Source: Sphyrna mokarran
Lineage: Eukaryota
Reading direction: 5' to 3'
DNA: 64,000 nucleotides
NCBI GenBank assembly: GCA_024679065.1
Contig: JAGIQG010000009.1
Location: 99,386,001-99,450,000, forward strand
This document shows positions 1-11,689 of this stretch, in pieces. A program made the translations under genes and the position numbers. The notes beneath the pieces were generated by a model. It worked only from the letters and a program-made list of their open reading frames with translations. It did no database searches and had not been told where the DNA came from. Each line of letters starts with the position of its first letter. Position 1 is the first letter of the stretch.

Positions 1-439
1 AATTGCTTTTTTTTGCTGAGTTAATTAAAAGTTGACATCAATTTAGTGGAATCACAATGTCGATAAGGCTGTTTAACAGCGGAAATGAAGTGCAATCAAA
101 CAGAAACGTGATTCCATTGACATTCCTAAAAGGTGCAATAATTGCGCCCAGGATGAGAAAGAAAGAAAACACAAATTCAACAATGTTGTGTGTTTAAAAC
201 TTATTTTTAAAAGATCTGCTGCAACTGATTACCCTGCTATGTGAAGCAAAACATAAATTTGGAGGGATCGGTTGGAAAAAATAATAGCAGAACAGCATTA
301 TCTTAACAGAAAGATTCCTAGAAAAATGACTAAGCTTGGATGTAATTACGTTCACATTATACATGGAAAATGTAGAAGGTTTGAAGATAGACACAAGCAT
401 CAATATAGTTCTCAGGGTTCCATATATGCATATTACCAT

Positions 440-753
440 GGGCGGCACGGTGGCACAGTGGTTAGCACTGCTGCCTCACAGCACCAGGACCGTGTTCTGT
501 TCCTGGCTTGGGCCAGTTATCTGTGGATTTGCACATTCTCTCCATGTTTGCGTGGTGTTTGCACTCTTCCGGGTGCGCCGGTTTCCTCCCGCCGTCCAAA
601 GTGTGCGGGTCAGGTGCATTGGCCATGCTAACATGTCAGGGACACTAGTTAGGGTAAGTGCATGGATCATAGGGATAGGGGCTGGGTGGGAATGTAGACG
701 ATGCAGATTTGACGGTCCAAATTATCTCCTTGTGCACCATAGGATTCTATGAT
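440..753 (+). mobile_element. tRNA-derived V-domain SINE (HE1/V-SINE-like) with CR1-like tail
   Basis: ggcggcacggtggcacagtggttagcactgctgcctcacagc head (A box), tttgcacattctc...ccggtttcctccc V-domain, gattctatgatt tail. Confidence 0.9.
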
Positions 754-864
754 TTAAGACAAAGGCTAACAGAGGGGCTACTTTAGTTTTTCGGCGAGGT
801 TTGCTTGTTAGTTATGTATTTTGAGACAGACTTTCACATTATTAACATATTCTGCAGGACTTAC

Positions 865-891
865 CATCGGTTTTGTATTTTGTGTCCTGCT
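865..891 (-). CDS. 27-nt microexon EQDTKYKTD (most 3' exon found; the gene appears to continue left of the window)
   Basis: ttgctctcactcag|AGCAGGACACAAAATACAAAACCGATG|gtaagt. Confidence 0.85.
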
Positions 892-1041
892 CTGAGTGAG
901 AGCAATAATAAAAATCATCTTAGTCATAATATGAATGGTAGTATCAAGGATCATTATGGTTTTTATCACTCCATTCACCCATTTAAAATACAGGAGGAAA
1001 GAACTGTATATTACTTTACTTGGAGAAAAAAATCTTTTTAC

Positions 1042-1068
1042 CTTTCTTGACGTCAGTGAGCTTTTTTT
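1042..1068 (-). CDS. 27-nt microexon EKKLTDVKK
   Basis: gtttcccaacag|AAAAAAAGCTCACTGACGTCAAGAAAG|gtaaaa. Confidence 0.88.
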
Positions 1069-2516
1069 CTGTTGGGAAACATCAACAATCATGTTGATAT
1101 AATGCCGGAATTTATCTGTGATTTGGTTTCATTGGCAATTCTTGATAATGTTTGCAACCACGATATACAAGAATATTACTAAAGTAATAGCGAAGCACTG
1201 CTGCGGCTGGAGGTCAGAAATAAAAAAGAGTAAGTAAAGAACGGACTGCAAGGACGCTGTGCCATTCGGTGAGAGTATGTACGATCTAATTGTGATTTCA
1301 AATTCACTTTGCTGTCCGCCAATAACATTTACCTGCCTTGTATTTGAAAAGTTATCAAAATTAGCTTGAATGAAATGAATTACCAAACGCTTTTTGGCGC
1401 AGAGAATTCGACAGGCTACTGATATTCAGAGAGAAATAATATATTTCAATCTACATTTCTGATTGTTGAATTCTGGTTTTAAACATTGTACCCTTGTTCC
1501 AGACGTGCCCACAAAATTCACATCTTCTTGCGCTGCATCTTATAAAGTCCCATCACGATATTTTATGTTTCAGTGATATCACCTTGCGTTTTTCTGAACT
1601 ACAATGCATAAAATATCTTGTACGCGAACATAAAATGTTGCTCTATACCCGTCATAACTCATAAGCGTCAACTGGAAGAGCTTACGCTATTTCATTGTTA
1701 ATATGGCAGAATTCTGCCACGCCACACTCAGTTGAATATGACATTTTGTTTGGAAAGTAAGTGATCATCTTTGAAGTTTAATCAGAACAAATCTAGATAA
1801 ACTCTTTTAGCTGCACACTTCATGCATCAACTTTTCCACTATTCTGAGGAGTCCATCTTAATTGAAATGCACGTGATCAAAAACAAATATTTTCGCTTTC
1901 ATGTCATGAGTAGGTTTTGGATTATAATTTCCGAAATTGACAAATATTACATGGTTCTGTTCCATAATGCAATGTTACCAAATTTAAATTAATATTTAAG
2001 CATATAACCGTTCGAATTAATTAAAAAGCAAAAAAGGACTCAACGAATGTTAAAAATAAGTCACATACATAACAAGCCACGTATCACATGGCTGAAGTGC
2101 CCAATCCGTAAGCCGCTCCGCCGAGACAAATCTGTGAAATGTTTTGGGAGGCAGAATTTGTCTTTTGATTTGAGATCGCCGGCAATTCTTTCTCAAGTTC
2201 CTGTTCGGACCTCCTCTTGTAGTCTGATGTTCCCAAAAAATGCGCTTTCAATCAGGAGGCCCTTAGTCCCATTCCGGCAGTTGGTTGTGGACAAAGTGCA
2301 GTTTTCTTTAAAAATTCAACTGTTTTGTATAAAGGCGATTGCCTTGGTCCCAATTCCTTTTGGAAGATAGCGCAAGTCTATTGGCCCCACCATGATTGGA
2401 TTCAATTGAAGTGAATAATATAAAACATCAGACAGAACACAGAAGGGGAAACGCCTCAGTTATCGATCTTGTTCTGCAACGCAAGATGAAATCTTGCGTT
2501 GTTGAAAAGCATTTAC

Positions 2517-2552
2517 CTGAAATTTGTAGCATTTTAGTCAATTCTGTTTTTT
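2517..2552 (-). CDS. 36-nt microexon EKTELTKMLQIS
   Basis: cattttctcattttcag|AAAAAACAGAA...ATTTCAG|gtaaat. Confidence 0.88.
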
Positions 2553-3394
2553 CTGAAAATGAGAAAATGACCGACTATTGAATAAATGACACCCTGTCAG
2601 ACCACTGAGATTAAACCAGGCTTTTGCCTTGAAGTGTATGGACTCTAAAGAACAGATGTCAAAATCTGTTATACAATTGTCATGTAATTCTTTATCATTC
2701 CATCCCAAGAGGCCGACCAAGTTAATCTACATTTCAATATAGAAATTATCATGTCCGCTCTTGAAATTTCCCATGCCCCAGGTTCTCATAAGGTGTTGAA
2801 AGGGCGGATTTTCACTGAGCGTTTTAGAATTGTAGTTCATGGTGATGTAGACACATTTCGTGAGCAAAAATATACAAGAAGAATATGTGTCGTACACATT
2901 AATTCAATGTGAATTTATATTTTCCCTCTGGATTTCAATGAAATAATTATTATTATCATTATTATTATAATGACGAACACTTAAACATTTGTTTCGATCA
3001 ACTGATGACAGTTTTACAGTTTCTGGCATCAACTGATGCCAGACTTACAGTTTCAGATATCAGCTGCAATAACACAACAAGAAGACTCGGAAGTATACAT
3101 TTTTAACGTTGTATCGAATTGTTGCACAAACGAGTGGTATCGAACCTAGCTATAGATCACAATTTTACAACAGACAGATATTCTATTCTTCATTGCTGAA
3201 TATTTACTTATGGACTTTCTATGTCGCTAGCCTTTCGTCAGAGGCTTGACGATCCACATCAAGCATGTCTGATCAGGAGACTCCCCGGCTCAATGATGGA
3301 TTTACAAATTAGTAATAAATTTGTTTGCTATATTAAGAGCATAGCTTCTGTTGTCATCATGTGCTGAGGTTTTCCTGGAGTCCAGGACATGCGA

Positions 3395-4740
3395 AAACAG
3401 GAACTAAGAGTGGGAATGCACAATTCACCCTTCGAACCCACCCCACCATTTAACATCATCATGGCCGATCTTATTCTGGTCTGCAATCCACTTTTCTGCC
3501 TTATAGCCCTTTATTCCGTTTTTCATGAGTAACATATGTATCGCTTTCTTGAATCTGCTGATTGATTCTGCCTCCACTCCCACCTGTGGTAAAAAGTCCA
3601 CAGATTCACAACGATCTAAGAGAAGTATTTGCTCCTCATCTCATTTTTGAACCTATCTTTTCTCATTCTGGGTCCAGGGCCTCTTGTCCGACACTGTCTC
3701 ACAAGGGCAGACAATTGTTCAACATCCAGCTTCTCAACACCCTTTCGTATTTGAAATATCTCAAACAGCTTTCCTTGATTCTCCTAAAATCCAGCGAGTA
3801 CTGTAAAAGAATTCGTAGCCAAAACTTGTATTAGAATGTGTGTAAAAGAACTGTAGCCGAAACTTGTATTAGAATGTTTTTCTTATTGTAAAAGAATTGT
3901 AGCTGAAACTTGTATTAGAATGTTTTTCTTGAAGTAGATTTAGGATGGGTGATGGGATAAGACTAGTATAGTTAATCAGCTCAATGTGTGTGACTTAATG
4001 TAATTAAGTATAACTGATATAATCAATGCATGCGATCCAATGAAGTTAGTACAGTAATCACTCATTAGTGAATGTAAATAGTAGCCACTCGGGAGAACAA
4101 TGGACACTGCCCAGTTGTCCAACTTGATCTGTGACAGTAGCAAACGAGAGAATAAAGTCAGCATGTTTTTTCTTTACTATTCGGCTTGAGCTAATTAAGC
4201 TATGATTAGGAGGTAAGCAGAATGGTCTAGACAAGGGAAAAGGTTTAACCACCATGGTTTCAAAAAGCAAAGAGATGTAACAATGAATGGCCAGTCTCAA
4301 GCAAGATAGATAAAGGGTCGACCCAGAAACAATGTTGGCTAAACAAGATTGAATTTTGAAAGAAAGATAAGAGTCTTGAGATATGGAGCTGTAAGATGTA
4401 TAAGAAGACTGTAAGCAGAATGGTTCAGTGGAATGTTCCGGACATCCCGGCTTTATTCTCTTGTGCTGGAGAATAAAGTCTACTGCTTGGAGGATTACAA
4501 CTCAGACTCTCTGTTTCAATCGGGTTAAATAAGTTGTCGTCTTGGGGAACCACGACAGTACAAACCAAAGCCAATCAACTACTTCGTTGATTTTCATCTC
4601 CCATGCACGTTTTCTGGCATTGCTGTGTGACTCATTGCTCTTTTTTTGGATACATCCCTTTCTCTAAAGTCCGTAATAACACGTGTCATTTGCATTTTAT
4701 GCGATGTCTTTCAATTTCACGCTAGTTGTTCTCTCAATTC
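3395..4740 (-). mobile_element. Old CR1 LINE 3' fragment interrupted by a solo LTR
   Basis: CR1 3' motifs (cccttcga, cagattcacaac, ctaaaatccagcgagtac|aaacc) resume after 4561; boundaries approximate. Confidence 0.7.
3802..4557 (+). mobile_element. Solo LTR (756 bp; ERV or Gypsy type)
   Basis: TG...CA termini, 4-bp TSD GTAC (3798-3801 and 4558-4561), AATAAA at about 4471, triplicated ~40-bp motif at the 5' end. Confidence 0.88.
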
Positions 4741-4764
4741 TGGAAATGCTCATTTTGCTATTTA

Positions 4765-5076
4765 TAGAATCTCTCCAGTACAGAAGGAGGTCATTCGACC
4801 CTTCGAGTCTTTACTAACCACAATCTCACTCAGGACTTATTTCCATAACCATATTTACCACACTAATCCACCCGACACTTTAGCATAGCCAATCTTCGCA
4901 ACCTCACCTGCACATCTTTGGTGTGTGTGAGAAAACCGGAGCATTCGGAGAAAACGTACGCAGAAACGGGGAGAATGTGCAAACTCCATACAGACCGTGA
5001 CACGAGGCTGAAATTGAACCCGAGTCTCTGGCGCTATGAGGCAGCTGTGCTAATCACTGTGCCACCGCGCTGCCCT
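4765..5076 (-). mobile_element. tRNA/V-domain SINE
   Basis: reverse complement of SINE head (cactgtgccaccgcgctgccc) and V domain (gagaatgtgcaaactcc). Confidence 0.85.
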
Positions 5077-5205
5077 CTTTCTGCTGCATTATAAATTCAT
5101 TTTTGATTAGTTTACTTTCATTCAAAACACTAAGACATTTGCGCTGTTTGATTTACTTGAATTAAGACATAGAGCATTCAGATACATTTTTTAAGGAAAT
5201 ATTAC

Positions 5206-5232
5206 CTTTGTCTTTTATTTCAATCTGCTTGT
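5206..5232 (-). CDS. 27-nt microexon DKQIEIKDK
   Basis: tttgtctctacag|ACAAGCAGATTGAAATAAAAGACAAAG|gtaata. Confidence 0.9.
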
Positions 5233-6971
5233 CTGTAGAGACAAATGTTAACTTTAAGTTGAAGGGTAAGGTTCAAAGTGGCACATTTTCTTTGCAATCT
5301 TTCAACGACAGTGGAATAAACAATGTGATCTATACTCTGTAGAAAACAATACTGCCTTTTTCAATTTTCTTTGTTATGGTCTTAAGTTTATTTCGAATTA
5401 CTGTCAACATCCTTAAGTTTAGCATCTCTAATGCGTCTAAAAATCAAATTGATGGTCGAGTTTCCTGATGAAACAGTATCCTGAATATTTACAGCGTGAA
5501 AGTTGTGCGTTTCGGAGACTAATTTTACCGATTTATTTCAATATATTTTTGTGCTTTCGCATCACTCCACACGAAAACATCAAAATTCTCGAAAAAGTCA
5601 GATAACAGGAAGCAAGAAAAAAATGTTAAAAAAAGATTTTTAACATTTTTTAACATTTTCAATCAAAGATTTCTGGGACTAATATGCCTCACACTAACTG
5701 TGCACTAAAATAATTCTCACGATAGATATTGGGGATCTTGACGTAAACAGAAATTGCTGGAAATGCAACATAAGTCAAGAAGCACCTTTACCAAAACAGG
5801 AACGGTTCATGTGCCAGTTTCTTGACCTAAATCGTTCTCCATTTTGATAGATAGGGCTTGACGTTTTGAGGATTTCTTGCATTTTCTATTCGCATCTTTA
5901 CATGACAACGTAGAAACGTGTTGATGTGGAATGTTTTGCACCACCCACACTTCTCCCCAAATTTATAGTCGGCCAAAGAAGGGATAATGGCTTATTTTCA
6001 ATTAATTTACCTAAATACTCTGACGCCATTTATATTCACTCCTTTCCATCCCCCACCATCCCCCCCCCCTCAATGTTGCATCAAGTACTGAAATTAACCA
6101 GTCTCTGGCGCTGTGAGGCAGAGTTGGACAGGACCACATGCTTTTGATGGTATCAATTATGGGCTGGATTTTTCCTGCTCTTTGCAGCGAACTGCAGTCC
6201 GGAATCAAGCGTGTTGGGCGGCGTATGATGGAGTGGAGGGCAGATAGCATGTACGACCAGTAGGAAGCAAGAGAATAAAATGCCATGGGTTTTAAGCAGC
6301 CACAGCATAGGCCCAGGAGAAGACTCCAAATAGGCAATTTTGAATGTTGACTTGGATGCCACCTTGTCATGTCCCCGGAGCCTATCAGACGCTCTTCCCC
6401 ATGTGTTCCCCCCCCTCTCGTGTAGTCATCCTCTTCTTTCTGAATATCTTATTCTCCTCCCCAGAACTCTTCTTGCTGGAGGAATAATACCCGACTTACA
6501 CAACAGTATCTTCTTCCACGACTTAGGGTAGTACTAGTGATAGCGTTAGTGAGAAACTAGAGAACTAGTGGCCGCTGATTAGCCAGCGGTTTTCTGAGGA
6601 AGGATTACTGCTGATGGGGGGAGTGGTGGGGGTGGGGGTGGGGGGGGGGTGGGGATATGCGTAAAACAAGCCTCAGGCCAAATTACTACAGACCAATGTC
6701 GCTGAGGATTTTAATTGAATCAACTGCCATTTCAGTAGATAAGAATAGTTAAATCAATATTGGACCTAGTGGACAGGACCACATGCTTGTTGTAGGATTT
6801 CATAGCACCTGGAGATACAAAGCGTTGTTAAGCGAATGAAAATCTATCATAAATGATGCATTACAATGAAAATAATCTCCATTCTTTCCATTGTCCTAGA
6901 AACTGCGTGCTTTATTTACAATAAAACATTTAGGGATCAATGCATCGTGCTAAAATTTTGAAGGCACAAAC

Positions 6972-6998
6972 CTGACATTTTTATACGATTTTCTAGTT
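6972..6998 (-). CDS. 27-nt microexon ELENRIKMS
   Basis: ttttgtttggataacag|AACTAGAAAATCGTATAAAAATGTCAG|gtttgt. Confidence 0.78.
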
Positions 6999-7239
6999 CT
7001 GTTATCCAAACAAAAAAAAACAGTTAATCTTCAATCCACGTTCTTTGTCAGTTGGATGCAATTGTATCAAAAATCTTACTGCGTATTTTTCTTTAAAGAA
7101 GTATATCTTGCATTATCACCTGGACGTCAGCCAGCATTGCAAGTAAGAGAAGATCATAAGATGTTACAAAGGGATTCTACCAGATGTTTTAAATTTGATT
7201 GTGCCAAGTTGGTTAACTTGTGGCTGCATTCGTTGACTT

Positions 7240-7654
7240 AGAACAAAGAACAAAGAACAAAACAGCACGGGAAACAGGCCCTTCGGCCCAACAAGCCCGT
7301 GATGCCACCCCGATGTTCCCACCTCTACCCGTGATCCCTGTCTATGTTTATAGATCTATGGAATAAAAATCAAATTTGAGACAATTTACGGAGAATTTGT
7401 TTTGCCAATTAGCCTAAGAGCACATCTTTGGGATGTGGGAGGAAACCGGAGCACCTGGAGAAAACCCACGCAAAGACGGGGAGAATGCGCAAACTCCCAC
7501 AGACTCAGGCCAAAATCCATGTATCTGCACAGCACAGCAATAGTCACTGAGCTGTCGTGTTGCCCATCAAATGATCCAGGTCAAGCGTACACTAACGATG
7601 TGAAGCACTAGGATACTCTTGAACAAAAAATCCAAGAGCAGCCCTCTCACGACC
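7240..7654 (-). mobile_element. V-domain SINE variant with extra 5' leader (copy 1)
   Basis: V domain (ggaaaccggagcacc), (AGAACAA)n tail, leader shared with 62031-62399. Confidence 0.85.
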
Positions 7655-7835
7655 CATTGCGTGTATGCCCCTTGTTAGACAACAAGGTGGACCAAAGCAC
7701 CTGTAAGATAAAAACAAGTATATCGACTTATTTCCTTTTCATTCAAGTGAAGCTTTTTGACTCTAGTACATTGCTTGAAATTCAACTTTTCTGTTCAAAC
7801 ACTTTTACAGAAACCCCTGACATGATGACATGATT

Positions 7836-8014
7836 TGCCTGCAGCTGTTGTAGATGCGCCAAGTTTGGTGGCGTTTAAGAGGTTAATTGATAAGTATATG
7901 GAAGAGAAGGGAATGGTTTAGTTTGGAGGGGCATTGCTTTTTATTTTGGTCGGCACAGCATCGAAGGCCGAAGGGCCTGTTCTGTGCTGTAATGTTCTAT
8001 GTTCTATGTTCTAT
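7836..8014 (+). mobile_element. Young, heavily 5'-truncated CR1 3' end
   Basis: nearly identical to 35615-35794; (GTTCTAT)n tail. Confidence 0.9.
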
Positions 8015-8337
8015 GACTTGTTTTGTGAACATATTAACAAAATCTAGAAATGCATTAATTTCAAATGAAGACTTGACATATTTTTGATGTCTCCGATGTA
8101 GATGTTTTCCAATACTGAGTCACTGGGCATAAGTGCTAGACTCAGGAATACCAGTGCTGCTTTTTGCTGATTAATTCAGTAAACTGAAGAATGCACATTT
8201 GATTTGCATTCGCCCTTCTTTTTAAATGGTCTGTGAGAAAAAAATGTAGTTCAATCTCTCAACGCCTTCCAACAACTCAAAGATAACATTCAGAAATGCA
8301 GAATCATGTATGCTATCACGACTGCTTCTCAGAAATG

Positions 8338-8730
8338 TGATTGAATTTGATTTATTATAGTCACACGTATTAGCAGACAGTAAAAAGTATTGTTTCTCGC
8401 GTGCTATGCAGATAGAGCATACCGTTCATTGAGAAGGAAAAGACAAAGTGCAGAATATAGTGTTATAGACATAGCTAGGGTGTAGAGAAAGATCAACTTA
8501 ATGCAAGATAGGTCCATTCAAAAGTTTGATGCCAGTATGAAAGAAGCTACTCTTTTGACGGTTGGTGTGTGACCTCAGACTTGTGTATCATTTTACAAGG
8601 AAAGAAGGTGGAAGGGACAATATCCGGGGAGCCTGGGGTCCTTAATTGATTTGCCGAGGCAGCGGGAAGAGCAGACAGAGTCAATGGATGGAAGGCTTGT
8701 TTGCGTGATGATTGAATACATCGTGATGCG
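8338..8730 (-). mobile_element. Rex1/Babar-type LINE 3' fragment
   Basis: homologous to 19177-19580; aataaatcaaa-type tail on the minus strand. Confidence 0.75.
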
Positions 8731-9237
8731 ATCATTGTTTCAGTGATATTAGTTTCTTATTATACCAAGTTAAGTGCCAGAGTTATATCTCACAGCATTG
8801 GCTCATTCAACTTGTCATAATTGCTGAAAGTTTGAACAATATTACCTCATCTGATTTTCATTTAATTAATCATAAATGAAAGGTTTTTCAAACGTTTTTC
8901 CTTCAAGTCATAAAATATTTCTGTGGCGTTGTAAATTGTTCTGTTTAACTGCAATGGGGTGCCGAAATAGGGTCAAATGATACATACGTGACAAAATATC
9001 ATGACTTACAATGAGAAAAGATGTATAGAATGTTGTGAAAGTAGCACGATTAAACATAAAGCTTTGTTTATTGAATCCAGTTTGCACAACTTCAGACAAC
9101 TGGTGAGGGAAAATTTTAGAAATACGCTGCACATTTCAGATGTCACTTGTTTTCCTTTCTGAGCAAATCCCTGAACAGGTAGTGCAATTCTTTGAAAGTG
9201 TTGACTTCTATATCAAAGAGACCTTTCTTATGCTTAC

Positions 9238-9264
9238 CTATCTGTTTTTCAAACATATGATTTT
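9238..9264 (-). CDS. 27-nt microexon ENHMFEKQI
   Basis: ctacgccctcacag|AAAATCATATGTTTGAAAAACAGATAG|gtaagc. Confidence 0.85.
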   Translation of the reverse strand, partial: KIICLKNR

Positions 9265-9573
9265 CTGTGAGGGCGTAGTACATACTTTCAGTACAAAATC
9301 AAGTAGAAATGCAATGCTATCTTTTCAGGTAAATCCAGGAGATAAAATTTTTTCATGTCCCGCTCCACTTAATCAGATTTCTGGAATTATTCTTGATCCG
9401 AAATTTTATAGCATTAGGTCTTGCTATCTTGCTCACAAAAGCACAGAATACCGGAAAACAATCAGGAGCAGGAGAATCGACAGTTACATCCAATTCAACG
9501 TCATTGTCATTATCCTTCTGGTAACAATTGTCCATATGCTATGAAGGACTGTTGCACCAGTTTGACAGTAAGA

Positions 9574-9738
9574 AGTCTCACAACATCAGGCTAAAGTCCA
9601 GCAGGTTTATTTGTAGCAAACATCATTAGCTCTCGGAATTTGCTGTTCCTTTGACAGGTGGAGGAATAGCCAGTTCCAAAAGCTCGTAGCGTTTGCTACA
9701 AATGAACCTGTTGAATTTTAACCCAGTGTTGTGAGACT
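9574..9738. mobile_element. Penelope-like palindromic remnant
   Basis: inverted arms agtctcacaaca...caggtttatttgtagcaaac / gtttgctacaaatgaacctg...tgttgtgagact; family assignment from recall of similar shark repeats. Confidence 0.65.
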
Positions 9739-11001
9739 CCTTGCTGTATTTATCCCAGTCCAACGCCGCCATCTTCAAATTATGAGCACCAATTTCAAGC
9801 CAGGCGTTTTGGCATTGCATATATCAAGTTTAAAACCATTCCACGCAACCAAGTAACTAGAATGCTTCAGAAATGAAGTAATAGAGATTGAATTTGGTAA
9901 AGAGATGTGTCAACGTGTCACTCTCCTAAGCTATTTTCAGTATGTTGGCATAGTATGGTCATATGTCGCCCTTAAAGATATATTATCAGTCTGTCTGTCA
10001 CGTGTATCAAATGAAAAAAGAAGTGTACGAGAAAGAAATATGCCCAAAGTATGTACTTACTGAGAATAGTTTCCGTTTAATATGATAAACTCGGTAGTTA
10101 TCTGATTTATAGGGGTTTAGTTGGGCCCAAAATCGCATGAAATTACCGTCAGCAGATAGCGGCGATAGTGGTAGGTAAATAACTGTCCGCATTGTCCAGA
10201 GACGCCAAGTCACATTTTAGTGTGGAACAGCAGATCATGGCTGATCTACGACATGAATAACTTGCCTGTGTATCAGCAAAAAATCAAATAAAATGCAGCA
10301 ACGATACCGGGCCGGATAAATACATAAGAAGTGAATAAATTAAAAGGCCGTAAGAGTATAATTTGATGTAGGGTACTCAACTCCTCGAGGCTGCTATTTC
10401 ATTCAATATGACTTTGATGATCTTTTGTAGCAACACAACTACTCCACAAATGCCATAATTCCCTTAGCATCCTAAATCCTTCGACACGAGGCTTTATTAC
10501 TCTTTCTCTCAAGGAGCATATCCTTGTTTCTCTGTCTCCCAGTGTGATGGATGTATAATTCACCCAGCCAGCATCTAAGGTTCTGCAAGATAGGAAACTC
10601 AATTTTACAGGCACGGGAGCGCTGGTTTCTCGCGAGGAGCAGGCGAGGACAGTGGGGGAAGGGTTGGGTAGTGGCGAGGGAGCGGGAGTGGGGATGTTGT
10701 TGGGGGGTGGTGATGTAAGAGTAAGTGAAATGGCGTAACCTCTCAGCCTAACACTTTAACACCGACTTCCTAGCTTAGCAGGTTAAACGATGAAATGGAA
10801 ATCAGATGTCAGATGATATTTACTGGAGAAACGGGAAATGTGTCACAATGTGATTGTCAGTATGAGTAGAGACGTCATACAATGGGGTATTACCAGTTGA
10901 AAGCAAAATGCGTACAGGACATTAACGACTTGAGCTTAGCTTTGAAAGCAGTTAGAAACAGCTGTTATTAAAAAAGTGAAGGAAACTTTTTCTTCACCAG
11001 T

Positions 11002-11298
11002 GGGACGGTACAGTGGCACAGTCATTAGCACTGCTGCCCCATAATGATACGAACCTTGGGTTCGATTTACAGCTTTGGCCATTTTCTGTGTGGGGTTTGC
11101 ACGTTCTCCCCATGTCTGCGTGAGTTTCCTCCGGGTGTTTCCTTCCACAGTCCAAAAGATGTACTGGTTAGGTGGATTGGCAATGTTAAATTCTCCCTCG
11201 GTGTACCGGAACAGGCGCCAGAATGTGGCAACTAGGGGATGATCACAATAACTTAATTGCAGTGTTAATGCGAACCTGCTTGTGAAAATAAATAAATT
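11002..11298 (+). mobile_element. tRNA/V-domain SINE
   Basis: gtggcacagtcattagcactgctgcc head, gggttcgattt B box, V domain, aataaataaa tail; same subfamily as 22795-23040. Confidence 0.85.
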
Positions 11299-11689
11299 TA
11301 AGCCAGGTACTTCGTCGAAGTTAGGAACATACTTCAGTAACGTCAGGAAAATGTTATAAAATACTTGGCCGGTCTCAGCTGGCGTATTGCATTCAATCTC
11401 CCATCCACCAAGAAAATTAATGAATTCGAAGGCGGAGAGTAGCATTTCATCAGCATGAGTTCAATTTTGCGAGAAGGCTGTAGCAGATTTTTCTACTTAA
11501 ATCATGTATTCGGGGAGATTATAAATGATGTTCAAGATAATGAACAAGTTTAATTAACTGAGGATAACGTATTTTCGAAGCAAACATCGTCAGAAGCAAA
11601 GAACGTCAACTCAGCACATAGGCAGATATACTAGAACAAAGGAAAAACGAGCAGTCTTTCTCTGAAGACTGTATTGTTATGATCTTGAA

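Noticed and set aside
440-520. tRNA gene
   Set aside because: The tRNA-like sequence is a SINE head followed by a V domain and CR1-like tail.
3802-3930. CRISPR-like short repeats
   Set aside because: Tandem units without unique spacers, inside an LTR in eukaryotic DNA.
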